Positions 36,599-45,219 of a stretch of DNA of 64,000 bases are shown one piece after another; the stretch's first letter is position 1; each line of letters starts with the position of its first letter. This DNA comes from Acidobacteriota bacterium (lineage in GTDB: Bacteria > Acidobacteriota > Terriglobia > Acidiferrales > UBA7541): contig JABDFR010000007.1 in assembly GCA_013286465.1 (NCBI GenBank), positions 2,836-66,835 on the forward strand, given 5' to 3'. Below the pieces are notes generated by a model. The model was not told where the DNA came from, searched no databases, and saw only the letters and a program-made list of their open reading frames with translations. The position numbers were made by a program, and so were the translations under genes.

Positions 36599-38653
36599 GT
36601 GGATATTTTTGGCTCATTTTCTTTATTGCTCGCGCTGATCGCCGCAGTTTACGCAATCGTTGCGGGCATCATCGCCATTCGCACCCGCAATCCGCTGCTC
36701 ACTAAGAGCGCGCGCCACGCCGGGATCGCCGTCTGCCTGCTCGTCACTCTGGCGGTAGCTTGTGTCGAGTTTCTTTTCTTCACCAACAACTTTTCGATGG
36801 CCTACGTCGCGGAACATAGCAATCGCGATCTGCCGGCCTTCTATAAATTCGCCGCGCTATGGGCCGGCCAGGAAGGCTCGCTCCTCTTTTGGAGCTGGCT
36901 GCTTTCGATTTACGCCTTCTTCGCCCTATTTCTGAATCGCCACAAGCACCCGGAGTTGATGCCCTACGTAGGCGTAGTTCTCGCCTGCATTCAACTATTC
37001 TTCCTGACGCTCAATAATTTCGTGGCCAATCCATTTCAAGTGCTGGGCCATGCCGGCGCCGGCGGCGCGTTGACGGTAGTCGCACAGGCGGACGGCCACG
37101 GACTTACTCCGCTGCTGCAATATTCGGAAATGGTGATTCACCCGCCGATGCTTTATCTCGGCTATACCGGCTTTAGCGTCCCGTTCGCATTCGCGATGGC
37201 CGCGCTGCTCGGCCGCTACCCGGGCGAAAAGTGGATTCACATCACGCGGCGCTGGACGATGGTGGCCTGGGGCTTCCAAACCATCGGCGTGCTACTCGGC
37301 GCGCACTGGGCTTATGCGGTGCTCGGCTGGGGCGGCTATTGGGCCTGGGATCCGGTCGAAAATGCGTCACTGCTCCCGTGGATCACAGCGACTGCGTTCC
37401 TACACTCGGTGATGATGCAGGAAAAGCGCGGCATGATGAAGGTCTGGAATGTCTGGCTGGTCTTCACCACTTTCATGCTCTGCATCCTCGGCACGCTGCT
37501 CACCCGCTCGGGCGTAGTCAGCTCCATTCACGCCTTCGCGCAATCGTCGATCGGCACATGGTTCACCACGTTTCTCGCCATCGTTTTCGTCGCCTGCCTG
37601 CTGGCCTTCTGGAAAAACCGCGATTACTTGCGCAGCGATAATCAACTCGATTCGCTGGTTTCCCGCGAGTCCAGCTTCCTTTTCAACAATCTCATTCTTC
37701 TCGCCGCCTGCTTCGCCGTCCTCTGGGGCACTCTGTTCCCGGTTTTTTCAGAATGGGTGCAAGGCACGAAGATCAGCGTAGGCCCGCCGTTCTTCAATAA
37801 AGTAAATGTTCCGATCGCGCTATTCCTTCTGTTTCTCACTGGCGTAGGCCCGCTGCTCGCCTGGCGCAAGACTTCTCTCGATGGACTCAAAAGAAACTTC
37901 GCATGGCCGCTAGCCGGCGGAATTCTCGCCGGCGTCATCGCCGTTATTTTTGGTATGCGCCAAATCTACCCGCTGATCTGTCTGATTCTCTCGGTATTCG
38001 TAGTGCTCACCATCGCCGCCGAATTCTGGCGCGGCGCCCGTGTAATCTCCGCGCGCAGCAGTATCAACGTACTCGCCGCAATGGGCCAGCTCACCATGCG
38101 CAATACCCGCCGCTACGGCGGCTACGTCGTCCACTTCGGCATGGTGCTGATCTTCATCGGCATAGCCGGCTCGGCATTCAAACAGGACGTGCAGCAAGAC
38201 ATGCCCCCCGGTGCGCACATGAAGCTCGGCCCCTACGACATCGTCTCCCAAAATTTCGATCAAGTTCAAACGCCCAATTACCAATCCGAGCGCGCCACCC
38301 TGGAAGTCTTCCGCAACGGCAAGTCGCAAATGATCCTGTATCCCGAGCGCCGCTTTTTCCTAGCCAGCCAAATCACCCAAACGCTGGTAGGCATTCAGTC
38401 GACTCCGCTGCGCGACATCTATCTCGTCTACGACGGCCGCAACCCGGAAACCAATCGCCCGGAAGTCCACGCCTATCTGAATCCGCTGGTCAAATGCATC
38501 TGGTTCGGCGGATTGGTAGTGGTGCTGGGCACGATCCTCGCGCTGATTCCCAGCCGCCAGCCGGTCCTAGTGATTTCGCAAGCCACCGAACGCGCCGTCG
38601 CATCCGCCGGTCCATTGCCTCAACCAGTTGGAGTCGTTCATGGCCAGGATTGA
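36599..38653 (+). CDS. ccmF: cytochrome c heme lyase subunit CcmF
   Basis: 684 aa, polytopic, with the WWD-domain motif WGGYWAWDPVENASLLPW. Confidence 0.93.
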   Translation: MDIFGSFSLLLALIAAVYAIVAGIIAIRTRNPLLTKSARHAGIAVCLLVTLAVACVEFLFFTNNFSMAYVAEHSNRDLPAFYKFAALWAGQEGSLLFWSWLLSIYAFFALFLNRHKHPELMPYVGVVLACIQLFFLTLNNFVANPFQVLGHAGAGGALTVVAQADGHGLTPLLQYSEMVIHPPMLYLGYTGFSVPFAFAMAALLGRYPGEKWIHITRRWTMVAWGFQTIGVLLGAHWAYAVLGWGGYWAWDPVENASLLPWITATAFLHSVMMQEKRGMMKVWNVWLVFTTFMLCILGTLLTRSGVVSSIHAFAQSSIGTWFTTFLAIVFVACLLAFWKNRDYLRSDNQLDSLVSRESSFLFNNLILLAACFAVLWGTLFPVFSEWVQGTKISVGPPFFNKVNVPIALFLLFLTGVGPLLAWRKTSLDGLKRNFAWPLAGGILAGVIAVIFGMRQIYPLICLILSVFVVLTIAAEFWRGARVISARSSINVLAAMGQLTMRNTRRYGGYVVHFGMVLIFIGIAGSAFKQDVQQDMPPGAHMKLGPYDIVSQNFDQVQTPNYQSERATLEVFRNGKSQMILYPERRFFLASQITQTLVGIQSTPLRDIYLVYDGRNPETNRPEVHAYLNPLVKCIWFGGLVVVLGTILALIPSRQPVLVISQATERAVASAGPLPQPVGVVHGQD

Positions 38654-38685
38654 CGGCATGCGAAACCGAGCAATGAATCCGGGCA

Positions 38686-38810
38686 GCTGTCATCCCGAAT
38701 CTCCTTCATGGGTGAGGGAACTGCATTCGTCTTCGCATTTGTCTTTGGATTCGTTTTTGTCGTTTCTTCAATCTGAAATTTCAAATCTGAAATTTGAAAT
38801 TTCCCAGGCC
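38686..38810 (+). repeat. Rpt-D dispersed element, copy 1 (AT-rich hairpin core)
   Basis: It shares these blocks with 47252-47370: GCTGTCATCCCGAA, GGTGAGGGA-CTGC and CGTTTCTTnAATCTGAAATTTCAAATCTGAAATTTGAAATnTCCCAnGCC. The 31-nt core is identical in both copies and contains a 9-bp hairpin (ATTTCAAAT/ATTTGAAAT). Confidence 0.8.
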
Positions 38811-38846
38811 GTTGCCTCTGCCTTTGCGTTCGCGCTGTCTAAGCGA

Positions 38847-39311
38847 ATGCTGTTCGCCGCGTTCGCCATCGTGTACGCGCTTACCCCGCCGGCCTTCGCG
38901 CAGCAATCCACCCGCGCCACCGAAATCGGCAAGCGCGTCAATTGCATGTGCGCCGGCTGCGGCGATTCAGCCGCCCTCTGCAATCACCCAGGCGCCTCAT
39001 TCTCCGGTCCCTGCGATGTCGCCAAGAACGAACTCAAGCAAATCAGCGAACGCGTAGCCCGCGGCGATTCCGACGACCTGATCATTCAGTCCTTCATCCA
39101 GGAATACGGCACCGAGGTTGTAATCGTTCCCGAAGCCAAGGGCTTCAATCGCTGGGTGTGGCTAATGCCCATCGTTTTCGTGATCGTGGGATTTTTCATC
39201 GTCCGCGCGGTACTGCAAAGCTGGCGCCGTCGAGCCGCAGTGGCGCACCCGGCAGGAGTCTCCGCCGATTTGCTAGCCCGCGCCCGGCATGAGATGGGCC
39301 CCGATGAGTAA
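38847..39311 (+). CDS. ccmH: CcmH/CycL/NrfF-family cytochrome c biogenesis protein with atypical Cys motif
   Basis: From ATG 38847 there is a signal peptide, then NCMCAGCGDS where CcmH has LRCxxC. CcmH-like blocks follow: RGDSDDLIIQSFIQEYGTEVVIVPEAKGFNRWVWLMPIV and a C-terminal TM helix. The track start at 38628 reads through the Rpt-D repeat. Confidence 0.7.
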   Translation: MLFAAFAIVYALTPPAFAQQSTRATEIGKRVNCMCAGCGDSAALCNHPGASFSGPCDVAKNELKQISERVARGDSDDLIIQSFIQEYGTEVVIVPEAKGFNRWVWLMPIVFVIVGFFIVRAVLQSWRRRAAVAHPAGVSADLLARARHEMGPDE

Positions 39312-39636
39312 CACCGCGATCCTTTGCGCCTGCATCCTCCTAGCCTGCGCTACTATTCTCTTCATCTTCGTAATCGAGCCGGACGCCTCCGATTCCGCAC
39401 CGCACCGCTCCAAGCTCGATTCGCTCCTCGAGCGTCGCGACACCATCTACGACAATCTCCGCGATTTGCGTTTCGAGCATCGCGCAGGTAAATTTTCCGA
39501 TGCCGACTACGAAGAAATGCGCCAATCGCTGGAAGCCGAAGCCGCCCGCGTCCTCGCCGAAATGGATCAGTTAACCGGCAGCGTGCCCACACCCGCCACG
39601 CGCCAGGCCATGCAAAAAAAGCCGCGGACTTCATGA
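39304..39636 (+). CDS. small single-pass membrane protein with CcmI-N-terminal-like / SHOCT-like helical motif
   Basis: ATG 39304 overlaps the ccmH stop (ATGAGTAA). An N-terminal TM helix is followed by IYDNLRDLRFEHRAGKFSDADYEEMRQSLEAEAARVL. This resembles the loop after TM1 of CcmI/CycH. Confidence 0.55.
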   Translation: MSNTAILCACILLACATILFIFVIEPDASDSAPHRSKLDSLLERRDTIYDNLRDLRFEHRAGKFSDADYEEMRQSLEAEAARVLAEMDQLTGSVPTPATRQAMQKKPRTS

Positions 39637-39646
39637 GCGGAATCGA

Positions 39647-40963
39647 ATGAAAAGCTTGCTCGCAAACTTTGCACTCGTTCTACTAATGAGCGCGGCGACC
39701 GCGTTCTCGGCCTTCGCCGGCAAAGTCACCGGCACGATCCACAACGGCACCAACAACAAGCCCGGCGCGGGCCTCGACGTAATCCTCATTCAACTGCAGG
39801 GCGGCATGCAGCCAGTAACCACGGTGAAATCCGACGCGCAAGGGCGCTTCACCATCGACCGCCCCGAAATCGGCTCAGGCCCCATGCTGCTGCGCGTTCC
39901 CTACAAAGGCGTGAACTATCACCAGCCGCTCACGCCCAATATGGCTACGGTAAATATCGAAATTTTCGAGGCGACCGGCGATCAATCCGCCGTTTCCGTC
40001 ACGCAGCACGATGTAGTCGTGCAGCCGTCAGGCTCAAACCTACTCGTAGGCGAGGAATACTCAGTCGAAAATCAGACCCAGCCGCCAGTAGCATTTTTCA
40101 AAGCCGATGGCACATTCAATTTCACGATTCCCGACGGCGCGCAATTAAATCAAGTCTCGGCATGGTCGTCCGCCGGAATGCCGGTAGTGCAGGGAACCAT
40201 CGACAAAGGCAAGAACAACAGCGCCATCGCGTTCGCATTCAAGCCGGGCAAAAACGGCGTGCGCATTTCGTATCAAATGCCGTATCCGTCGAACAAAATC
40301 GCCCTGAAACTAATTTCGCACTACGCTACGTCGAGCTTTTTCCTGGTCGCACCGCCAACAGTAACGATCAGCGGCGCCGGTCTAAATCCCGGCGGCTCGC
40401 AGGATGGCTACAGCATTTACGGGCGCGACGGCGTCCCCGCAAACACAGCTCTTGAAGTTTCCGTCTCAGGCACCGCGCCTCCGCCCACCGCAGAGGCAGG
40501 CGGCCCAGGTGGTGGCCCCGGCCCTGGCTCCGCCGATGATTCCGGCAATCCGTCAGTAAATTCGCGCGCCGCCGCTCCTGCCGAAGCGGTCACGACTTTC
40601 CCCGCGCGCCTCGATAGCTTGAAATGGATTCTAGTCGGCGGCTTCGCCGCGCTCTTCGCTCTCGGAATCGCTTACCTCTGGCGCCGCCCGCCGCAAGTGG
40701 CCATCGCCGGCAACGGCACCGGCGCGATTGCCGTAGCGCCGCCGCCAGTCGCAGCGCCTGTCGCACGCACCGCGCCGCCCGCCGCAACTGCCGATGCTGC
40801 GGTCGCTTCCGTCTCCCGCGAAGTCAGCGGCGGCCTCGACGAACTCAAAGACAAACTTTTTCGTCTGGAGCTTCGCCACCAGGCCGGCACCATTTCCGAT
40901 GAGGATTACGCCCGCCAACGCGCGCTCGTCGAGCAAACTCTGCGCGAGCTTGTGCGTGGCTGA
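39647..40963 (+). CDS. bitopic membrane protein: signal peptide, CarboxypepD_reg-like beta-sandwich ectodomain, Pro/Ala/Gly linker, TM helix and a cytoplasmic helical motif
   Basis: The N-terminus GKVTGTIHNGTNNKPGAGLDVILI...DAQGRFTI is a carboxypeptidase-regulatory-like fold. The TM helix is WILVGGFAALFALGIAYLW. The C-terminus LFRLELRHQAGTISDEDYARQRALVEQTL repeats the motif of the preceding small protein. Confidence 0.7.
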   Translation: MKSLLANFALVLLMSAATAFSAFAGKVTGTIHNGTNNKPGAGLDVILIQLQGGMQPVTTVKSDAQGRFTIDRPEIGSGPMLLRVPYKGVNYHQPLTPNMATVNIEIFEATGDQSAVSVTQHDVVVQPSGSNLLVGEEYSVENQTQPPVAFFKADGTFNFTIPDGAQLNQVSAWSSAGMPVVQGTIDKGKNNSAIAFAFKPGKNGVRISYQMPYPSNKIALKLISHYATSSFFLVAPPTVTISGAGLNPGGSQDGYSIYGRDGVPANTALEVSVSGTAPPPTAEAGGPGGGPGPGSADDSGNPSVNSRAAAPAEAVTTFPARLDSLKWILVGGFAALFALGIAYLWRRPPQVAIAGNGTGAIAVAPPPVAAPVARTAPPAATADAAVASVSREVSGGLDELKDKLFRLELRHQAGTISDEDYARQRALVEQTLRELVRG

Positions 40964-40972
40964 GCCAGCCCA

Positions 40973-41692
40973 TTGAATCCTGCGACGGCACGCGAGCGTC
41001 TGGGACTCGTTTTCGAGCAGGTCGAAAAGCGTTACGGCGCGCTCGTGGCCCTGCGGCGCGTCAGTCTGGAAATCCAGCCCGGAGAATTCGTCGCGCTTCT
41101 AGGCCCCAATGGGGCAGGGAAGACGACGTTACTAAGAATCGCCGCGTTACTCGTCCGCCCGAATTCCGGGCAGGTCAAGATGAGCGGCCCAGCGGAAACT
41201 TCCGCAGAAAACGTGAAGAGCCGGATCGGCATGGTAGCCCACAGCACACTGCTCTACGACGAACTGACGGCCGAAGAAAATCTCCTCTTCTTCGCGCGTC
41301 TCTACGATGTCGCGAACGCGCCGGCGCGAACCGCCGAGTTACTCGCAGCAGCTGGACTGGCGGAGCGCGCCACAAGTCTAGTGCGCACTTTTTCGCGCGG
41401 CATGCGCCAGCGCCTGGCGATCGCCCGCGCGCTAGTTCACGCGCCGCGCGTCCTGCTGCTTGATGAGCCGTCCTCCGGTCTCGATCAGCAAGGCCGCGCC
41501 TGGTTCGCCGCGACGCTAGCGTCGCTTCACCAAGACGGCTGCACCATAATCGCCAGCACTCATTCCCGAGACGAAGTGTTGCGTCTCGCCACGCGCGCCG
41601 TGCGACTCGAGTCCGGCCGCATAGTTTCCGATTCCGCCGCAGGCGGCAACCTCGAAACAATCCTCGCAGCGGTTCAAGGTGAACCCGAATGA
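40973..41692 (+). CDS. ccmA: heme exporter ABC ATP-binding protein CcmA
   Basis: Walker A GPNGAGKTTLL, the signature FSRGMRQRLAIARAL and Walker B LLLDEP. It sits directly upstream of ccmB and ccmC. Confidence 0.85.
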   Translation: MNPATARERLGLVFEQVEKRYGALVALRRVSLEIQPGEFVALLGPNGAGKTTLLRIAALLVRPNSGQVKMSGPAETSAENVKSRIGMVAHSTLLYDELTAEENLLFFARLYDVANAPARTAELLAAAGLAERATSLVRTFSRGMRQRLAIARALVHAPRVLLLDEPSSGLDQQGRAWFAATLASLHQDGCTIIASTHSRDEVLRLATRAVRLESGRIVSDSAAGGNLETILAAVQGEPE

Positions 41693-42363
41693 ACGCCGGA
41701 CGCGCCGCCGCGATCATCCTCACCAAAGAAGTCCGCGCCGAATTCCGCGCCCGCGAACTCCTAAACACCACGCTAGTCTTCGCCTTCGTAGTAATCGTAA
41801 TGTTCAGCTTCGCCTTCGATCCCACAGCATCGGAATCCCGCCGCTTCGGTCCCGGTCTGCTTTGGATCGCGCTGCTCTTCGCAGGCTCGCTGATGCTGCA
41901 ACCATCCTTCGCCCGCGAGCACGCCAATGACACGCTGGACGCTCTCTGCCTAGCCCCCGTCTCGCCGTTCTCAATCCTGCTGGGCAAGATCGCCGCCAAT
42001 TTCGTTTTCCTAACCGTCTGCGAAGTAGTCCTGCTCCCCGTTTTCGCCGTGCTCTACAATGTATCTTTGCTCCCGGTGCTAGGCCGCCTCGTGTTCGTGC
42101 TGATGCTCGGCACGTTCGGCCTGACCATCACCGGCACAGTATTCTCGGCGGTAGCCGCGCAAGCCCGCATGCGCGAATTGCTCCTGCCGCTGCTGCTGCT
42201 CCCAGTCCTGGTGCCGCTGTTACTGGCCGCAGTCGAAGCCACCGCGGGCCTATTAGCCGATACGCCCGAGCTACAGCGCACCTGGCTAGAAATTCTAGTC
42301 GGCTTCGACGTAATCTTTTTCACAGCCTCGTGGCTGCTATCGGACTTTCTGTTGGAGGAGTAA
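41689..42363 (+). CDS. ccmB: heme exporter membrane protein CcmB
   Basis: 224 aa with six predicted TM helices. The ATGA start overlaps the ccmA stop. The N-terminal EFRARELLNT.. pattern is typical of CcmB. Confidence 0.85.
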   Translation: MNAGRAAAIILTKEVRAEFRARELLNTTLVFAFVVIVMFSFAFDPTASESRRFGPGLLWIALLFAGSLMLQPSFAREHANDTLDALCLAPVSPFSILLGKIAANFVFLTVCEVVLLPVFAVLYNVSLLPVLGRLVFVLMLGTFGLTITGTVFSAVAAQARMRELLLPLLLLPVLVPLLLAAVEATAGLLADTPELQRTWLEILVGFDVIFFTASWLLSDFLLEE

Positions 42364-42364
42364 C

Positions 42365-42402
42365 GTAGGGGCGGGCGTTTACTCCCGCCCGTTTTTCGGC
42401 CC
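42365..42402 (+). repeat. REP-A palindromic element, forward orientation (terminator-like)
   Basis: GTAGGGGCGGGCGTTTACTCCCGCCCGTTTTTCGGCCC begins 1 nt after the ccmB stop. The hairpin is followed by T5. Confidence 0.8.
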
Positions 42403-42443
42403 TCTTTGTTCTGGGCTCGCAACCAAATGCTCATACCGCGCGA

Positions 42444-43184
42444 ATGCAGAATGACTGGAACGGCTCAATGAAACAATCCCTGTCCGCCATCCTCGTAGGG
42501 GCGCTAATGGCCTTCGCCGGCTATGCCGCCCTATTCATCGCCCCCGACGAAAAAACCATGCACGCCATCCAGCGCATCTTCTATTTCCACGCCCCCGCCG
42601 GCATGGTAGCGCTGATCGCCTTCACGGTAGTCTTCATAGCCAACATCGCCTACCTAATCAATCGCCAACCGCGCTGGGATTGGCTAGCCGTCTCCGGCGC
42701 CGAAGTAGGCGTAGCCTTCAACAGCGTAGTCCTAATCACCGGCCCCATCTGGGCCAAACCAGCCTGGGGCATCTGGTGGGCCTGGGACGCCCGCCTAACG
42801 TCAACACTAGTCCTCTGGCTTCTCTACATTTCACTCCTGCTCCTGCGAACGCTGATGCCCGATCCCAATCGCCGCGCCGTTTTTTCCGCGATCTACGGAA
42901 TATTTCTGTTCCTCGATGTCCCGCTAGTCTATTTCTCCATCCGCATCTGGCGCACGCAACATCCGCAACCAGTAATCCTCGGCGGCCAGAATTCCGGCCT
43001 AGATCCCACGATGCGCAAAGTTTTCTGGCTTTGCTGGCTAGCGCTAATGGGCATCATGATCATTCTGATGCGCCAGCGTTACAAGCTAGAGCGCGCCCGC
43101 CACGAACTCGAAGAGCTACAGCTGAAAGCCGAAGAAATCTCCGCCGACGCACGCGACTCGGCCCCGCGAGCCATTCGCGCATGA
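42444..43184 (+). CDS. ccmC: heme exporter/heme-handling protein CcmC
   Basis: WWD motif WGIWWAWDARLTSTLVLW and conserved His contexts (FYFHAP). An alternative start is ATG 42468. Confidence 0.9.
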   Translation: MQNDWNGSMKQSLSAILVGALMAFAGYAALFIAPDEKTMHAIQRIFYFHAPAGMVALIAFTVVFIANIAYLINRQPRWDWLAVSGAEVGVAFNSVVLITGPIWAKPAWGIWWAWDARLTSTLVLWLLYISLLLLRTLMPDPNRRAVFSAIYGIFLFLDVPLVYFSIRIWRTQHPQPVILGGQNSGLDPTMRKVFWLCWLALMGIMIILMRQRYKLERARHELEELQLKAEEISADARDSAPRAIRA

Positions 43185-43200
43185 CCAAGGAGCATCATTC

Positions 43201-43341
43201 ATGAAAAATTTCGAAAGCCTGTTCATCGCCTACATGATCGTCTGGGCCATCTTCTTCGGCTATCAGGTGACTATCGCCCGCCGCCTCTCGCGCTTGCGCG
43301 AGGATCTAGAGCGCCTAAAATCGCAACTAGGCGCAAAATAA
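43201..43341 (+). CDS. ccmD: heme exporter protein CcmD (46 aa; below the ORF-track size cut-off)
   Basis: The ATG 43201 to TAA 43341 ORF encodes MKNFESLFIAYMIVWAIFFGYQVTIARRLSRLREDLERLKSQLGAK. It has a single TM helix with the Y..VW....GY pattern and a basic tail, in the canonical position after ccmC. Confidence 0.7.
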   Translation: MKNFESLFIAYMIVWAIFFGYQVTIARRLSRLREDLERLKSQLGAK

Positions 43342-43354
43342 TCATCGAGCCCAA

Positions 43355-44368
43355 TTGAAGCGCGTAGCCATAGTCCTCTTTCAGCTAGGCGGACCTGACA
43401 CTCAGGCCGCCGTCGAGCCGTTCCTCTACAATTTATTCTGCGATCCCGACATTATCGATTTCCCGCTAGCCTGGATCGCCCGCAAACCGCTAGCAAAATT
43501 AATCTCCACGCGCCGCTCCAAAGTAGTAGCCCAGCATTACGCGGAAATCGGCGGCGGCTCCCCGATCGGCCGGCTAACAGCCGAGCAAGGCCGAGCACTG
43601 GAAGCCGCACTAAGCCCCTACATCGAAGCAAAAACGTTCGTAGCCATGCGCTACTGGCATCCGCTAACCAGCGAAGCCCTCACCGCACTGGCCGCCTGGC
43701 CCCACGACGAACTCGTCCTGCTCCCTCTCTACCCGCACTATTCCTACGCCACCACGCGCAGCAGCCTAAAAGAATGGAAGCGCCAAACGCGCAACAAACT
43801 CCGCGAACCAGCCCGCATCATCGAAAGTTTCTACGATCACCCAAACTACATCGAAGCCCTGCGCGAACGCGTAGATGAAAAGCTCTCGAAGCTGCAAAAT
43901 CCAAACGAAGTCCATCTAGTCTTCAGCGCCCACGGCCTGCCGCTAAAATTGATCGAAAATGGCGATCCCTATCCCATCCACATCAGCAAGACCATGAATC
44001 TAGTCCTCGACCGCGGCCGCTGGCCCAACAAACACCTCCTCTGCTATCAAAGCCGCGTAGGCCCGCAAAAATGGCTGGAACCCTCGCTTACCCAAACAAT
44101 TGAGTGGCTAGCCGAAGAAGGCGTGAAGCGCATGCTGGTAATCCCCATCTCCTTCGTAACCGATCACATCGAAACCCTACACGAAATCAACATCGAAGCC
44201 CGCGAAGAAGCCGAAAAACTAGGCGTGCAAGAATTCGTAATGACTGACGGCCTGAACGATTCTCCGCAACTAATCCGCGCCCTGGCCGACCTCGTCCTCA
44301 AAGCCGTCTCCATCGAGCGGGGAATTGACCAACAGTCGCAATCCGCAGATGCCGCCCGCGCCGTCTGA
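43355..44368 (+). CDS. hemH: ferrochelatase
   Basis: The N-terminus (M)KRVAIVLFQLGGPDTQAAVEPFLYNLFCDPDII, the SAHGLP block and ISFVTDHIETLHEI match ferrochelatase. The start codon is TTG. Confidence 0.9.
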   Translation: MKRVAIVLFQLGGPDTQAAVEPFLYNLFCDPDIIDFPLAWIARKPLAKLISTRRSKVVAQHYAEIGGGSPIGRLTAEQGRALEAALSPYIEAKTFVAMRYWHPLTSEALTALAAWPHDELVLLPLYPHYSYATTRSSLKEWKRQTRNKLREPARIIESFYDHPNYIEALRERVDEKLSKLQNPNEVHLVFSAHGLPLKLIENGDPYPIHISKTMNLVLDRGRWPNKHLLCYQSRVGPQKWLEPSLTQTIEWLAEEGVKRMLVIPISFVTDHIETLHEINIEAREEAEKLGVQEFVMTDGLNDSPQLIRALADLVLKAVSIERGIDQQSQSADAARAV

Positions 44369-44427
44369 TTGCGCCACGCGCACCAATTTCCATTACCAAA
44401 TTCTCGTTCCATTTTTCCAACTCACCC

Positions 44428-44456
44428 TTGACACAGAATCTCCCGCAGACTATAAA
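44428..44456 (+). promoter_or_regulatory. near-consensus sigma70 promoter upstream of the Rieske/cytochrome b genes
   Basis: TTGACA (44428-44433), a 17-nt spacer, then TATAAA (44451-44456). It lies ~78 nt upstream of ATG 44534. Confidence 0.55.
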
Positions 44457-44533
44457 ACGTGTGCCGTTGTGTGGCGATATTTGCGGCAATTTTCCAGCGT
44501 CAGCGAGGTTCGACAGCTCCACTCAGCGCAACT

Positions 44534-45124
44534 ATGGCAGATCAACCAGAAGGCAAGGTAGCACCGGCAGCGACCGCGCCTGCTGCTACCGCCGCCGCGG
44601 ACGCCAAAGCAGCCGCAGCGGCCGAAAAGAAAGCGGTCGAGCAGATCAATCAGAGTCGTCGTCGCATCGCCTGGGCCCTAATCTGGGGATATCTAGGCGT
44701 CAATTTCCTGATGTTCCTCCGCTTTTTCTTTCCCCGCGCGCTCTACGAGCCCAACACGATTTTCGGCATCGGCTATCCGGCAGATTTCGCTCTGGGCATC
44801 GACCAGCGATACCTGAACACCAATCGCGTCTGGATCGTGAAAGAACCCGATCGCATGTTCGTAATTTTCGCCCGCTGCACCCATCTAGGCTGCACGCCGG
44901 AGTGGAAGCCCACCGAAAATAAATTCAAATGCCCCTGCCACGGCAGCGGCTACGACAGCGAAGGCGTAAATTTCGAAGGCCCAGCGCCCAGGCCAATGGA
45001 TCGCGCATTCGTATCACTGGATCCGACTGGAAAGATCACCGTAGACACAAGCCGCCTCTACGTAGATGACCCAAGAGCCGGCGTAAATCATTTCAACGAT
45101 CCAGGAGCATTCCTAAGCGTGTAA
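44534..45124 (+). CDS. Rieske [2Fe-2S] subunit of a cytochrome bc/b6f-type complex
   Basis: CTHLGC and CPCHGS cluster-binding boxes, a Tat-like SRRRIAW motif before the anchor helix and an Ala-rich N-terminus. ATG 44534 is chosen over the track's GTG 44459. Confidence 0.9.
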   Translation: MADQPEGKVAPAATAPAATAAADAKAAAAAEKKAVEQINQSRRRIAWALIWGYLGVNFLMFLRFFFPRALYEPNTIFGIGYPADFALGIDQRYLNTNRVWIVKEPDRMFVIFARCTHLGCTPEWKPTENKFKCPCHGSGYDSEGVNFEGPAPRPMDRAFVSLDPTGKITVDTSRLYVDDPRAGVNHFNDPGAFLSV

Positions 45125-45149
45125 CGTTTCTGAAGTTGTAGTTGCATTC

Positions 45150-45187
45150 GTAGGGGCGGGCCTTTAGCCCCGCCCGCTTTTCGGCCC
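45150..45187 (+). repeat. REP-A palindromic element, forward orientation (terminator-like) between the Rieske and cytochrome b genes
   Basis: GTAGGGGCGGGCCTTTAGCCCCGCCCGCTTTTCGGCCC. Confidence 0.85.
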
Positions 45188-45219
45188 AAGATTCACGGCA
45201 ATTCCGGGGAGCCCGACAG

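Noticed and set aside
38770-38800. A tandem AATCTGAAATTT repeat, considered as a possible CRISPR or minisatellite array.
   Set aside because: It has only two units plus a partial one and no spacers, and no cas genes lie nearby. The same 31-mer recurs at 47330 as part of a larger dispersed element. It is better explained as the hairpin core of Rpt-D.
42365-42402. REP-A copies, considered as nothing more than independent Rho-independent terminators.
   Set aside because: The conserved 5' cGTAG and 3' TTTCGGCCC flanks go beyond what terminators need. Four of eleven clear copies are in the orientation that gives no U-tract on the upstream gene's mRNA. Copies also bracket a rayT gene. Terminator-like activity of the forward copies remains possible and is reported as a finding.
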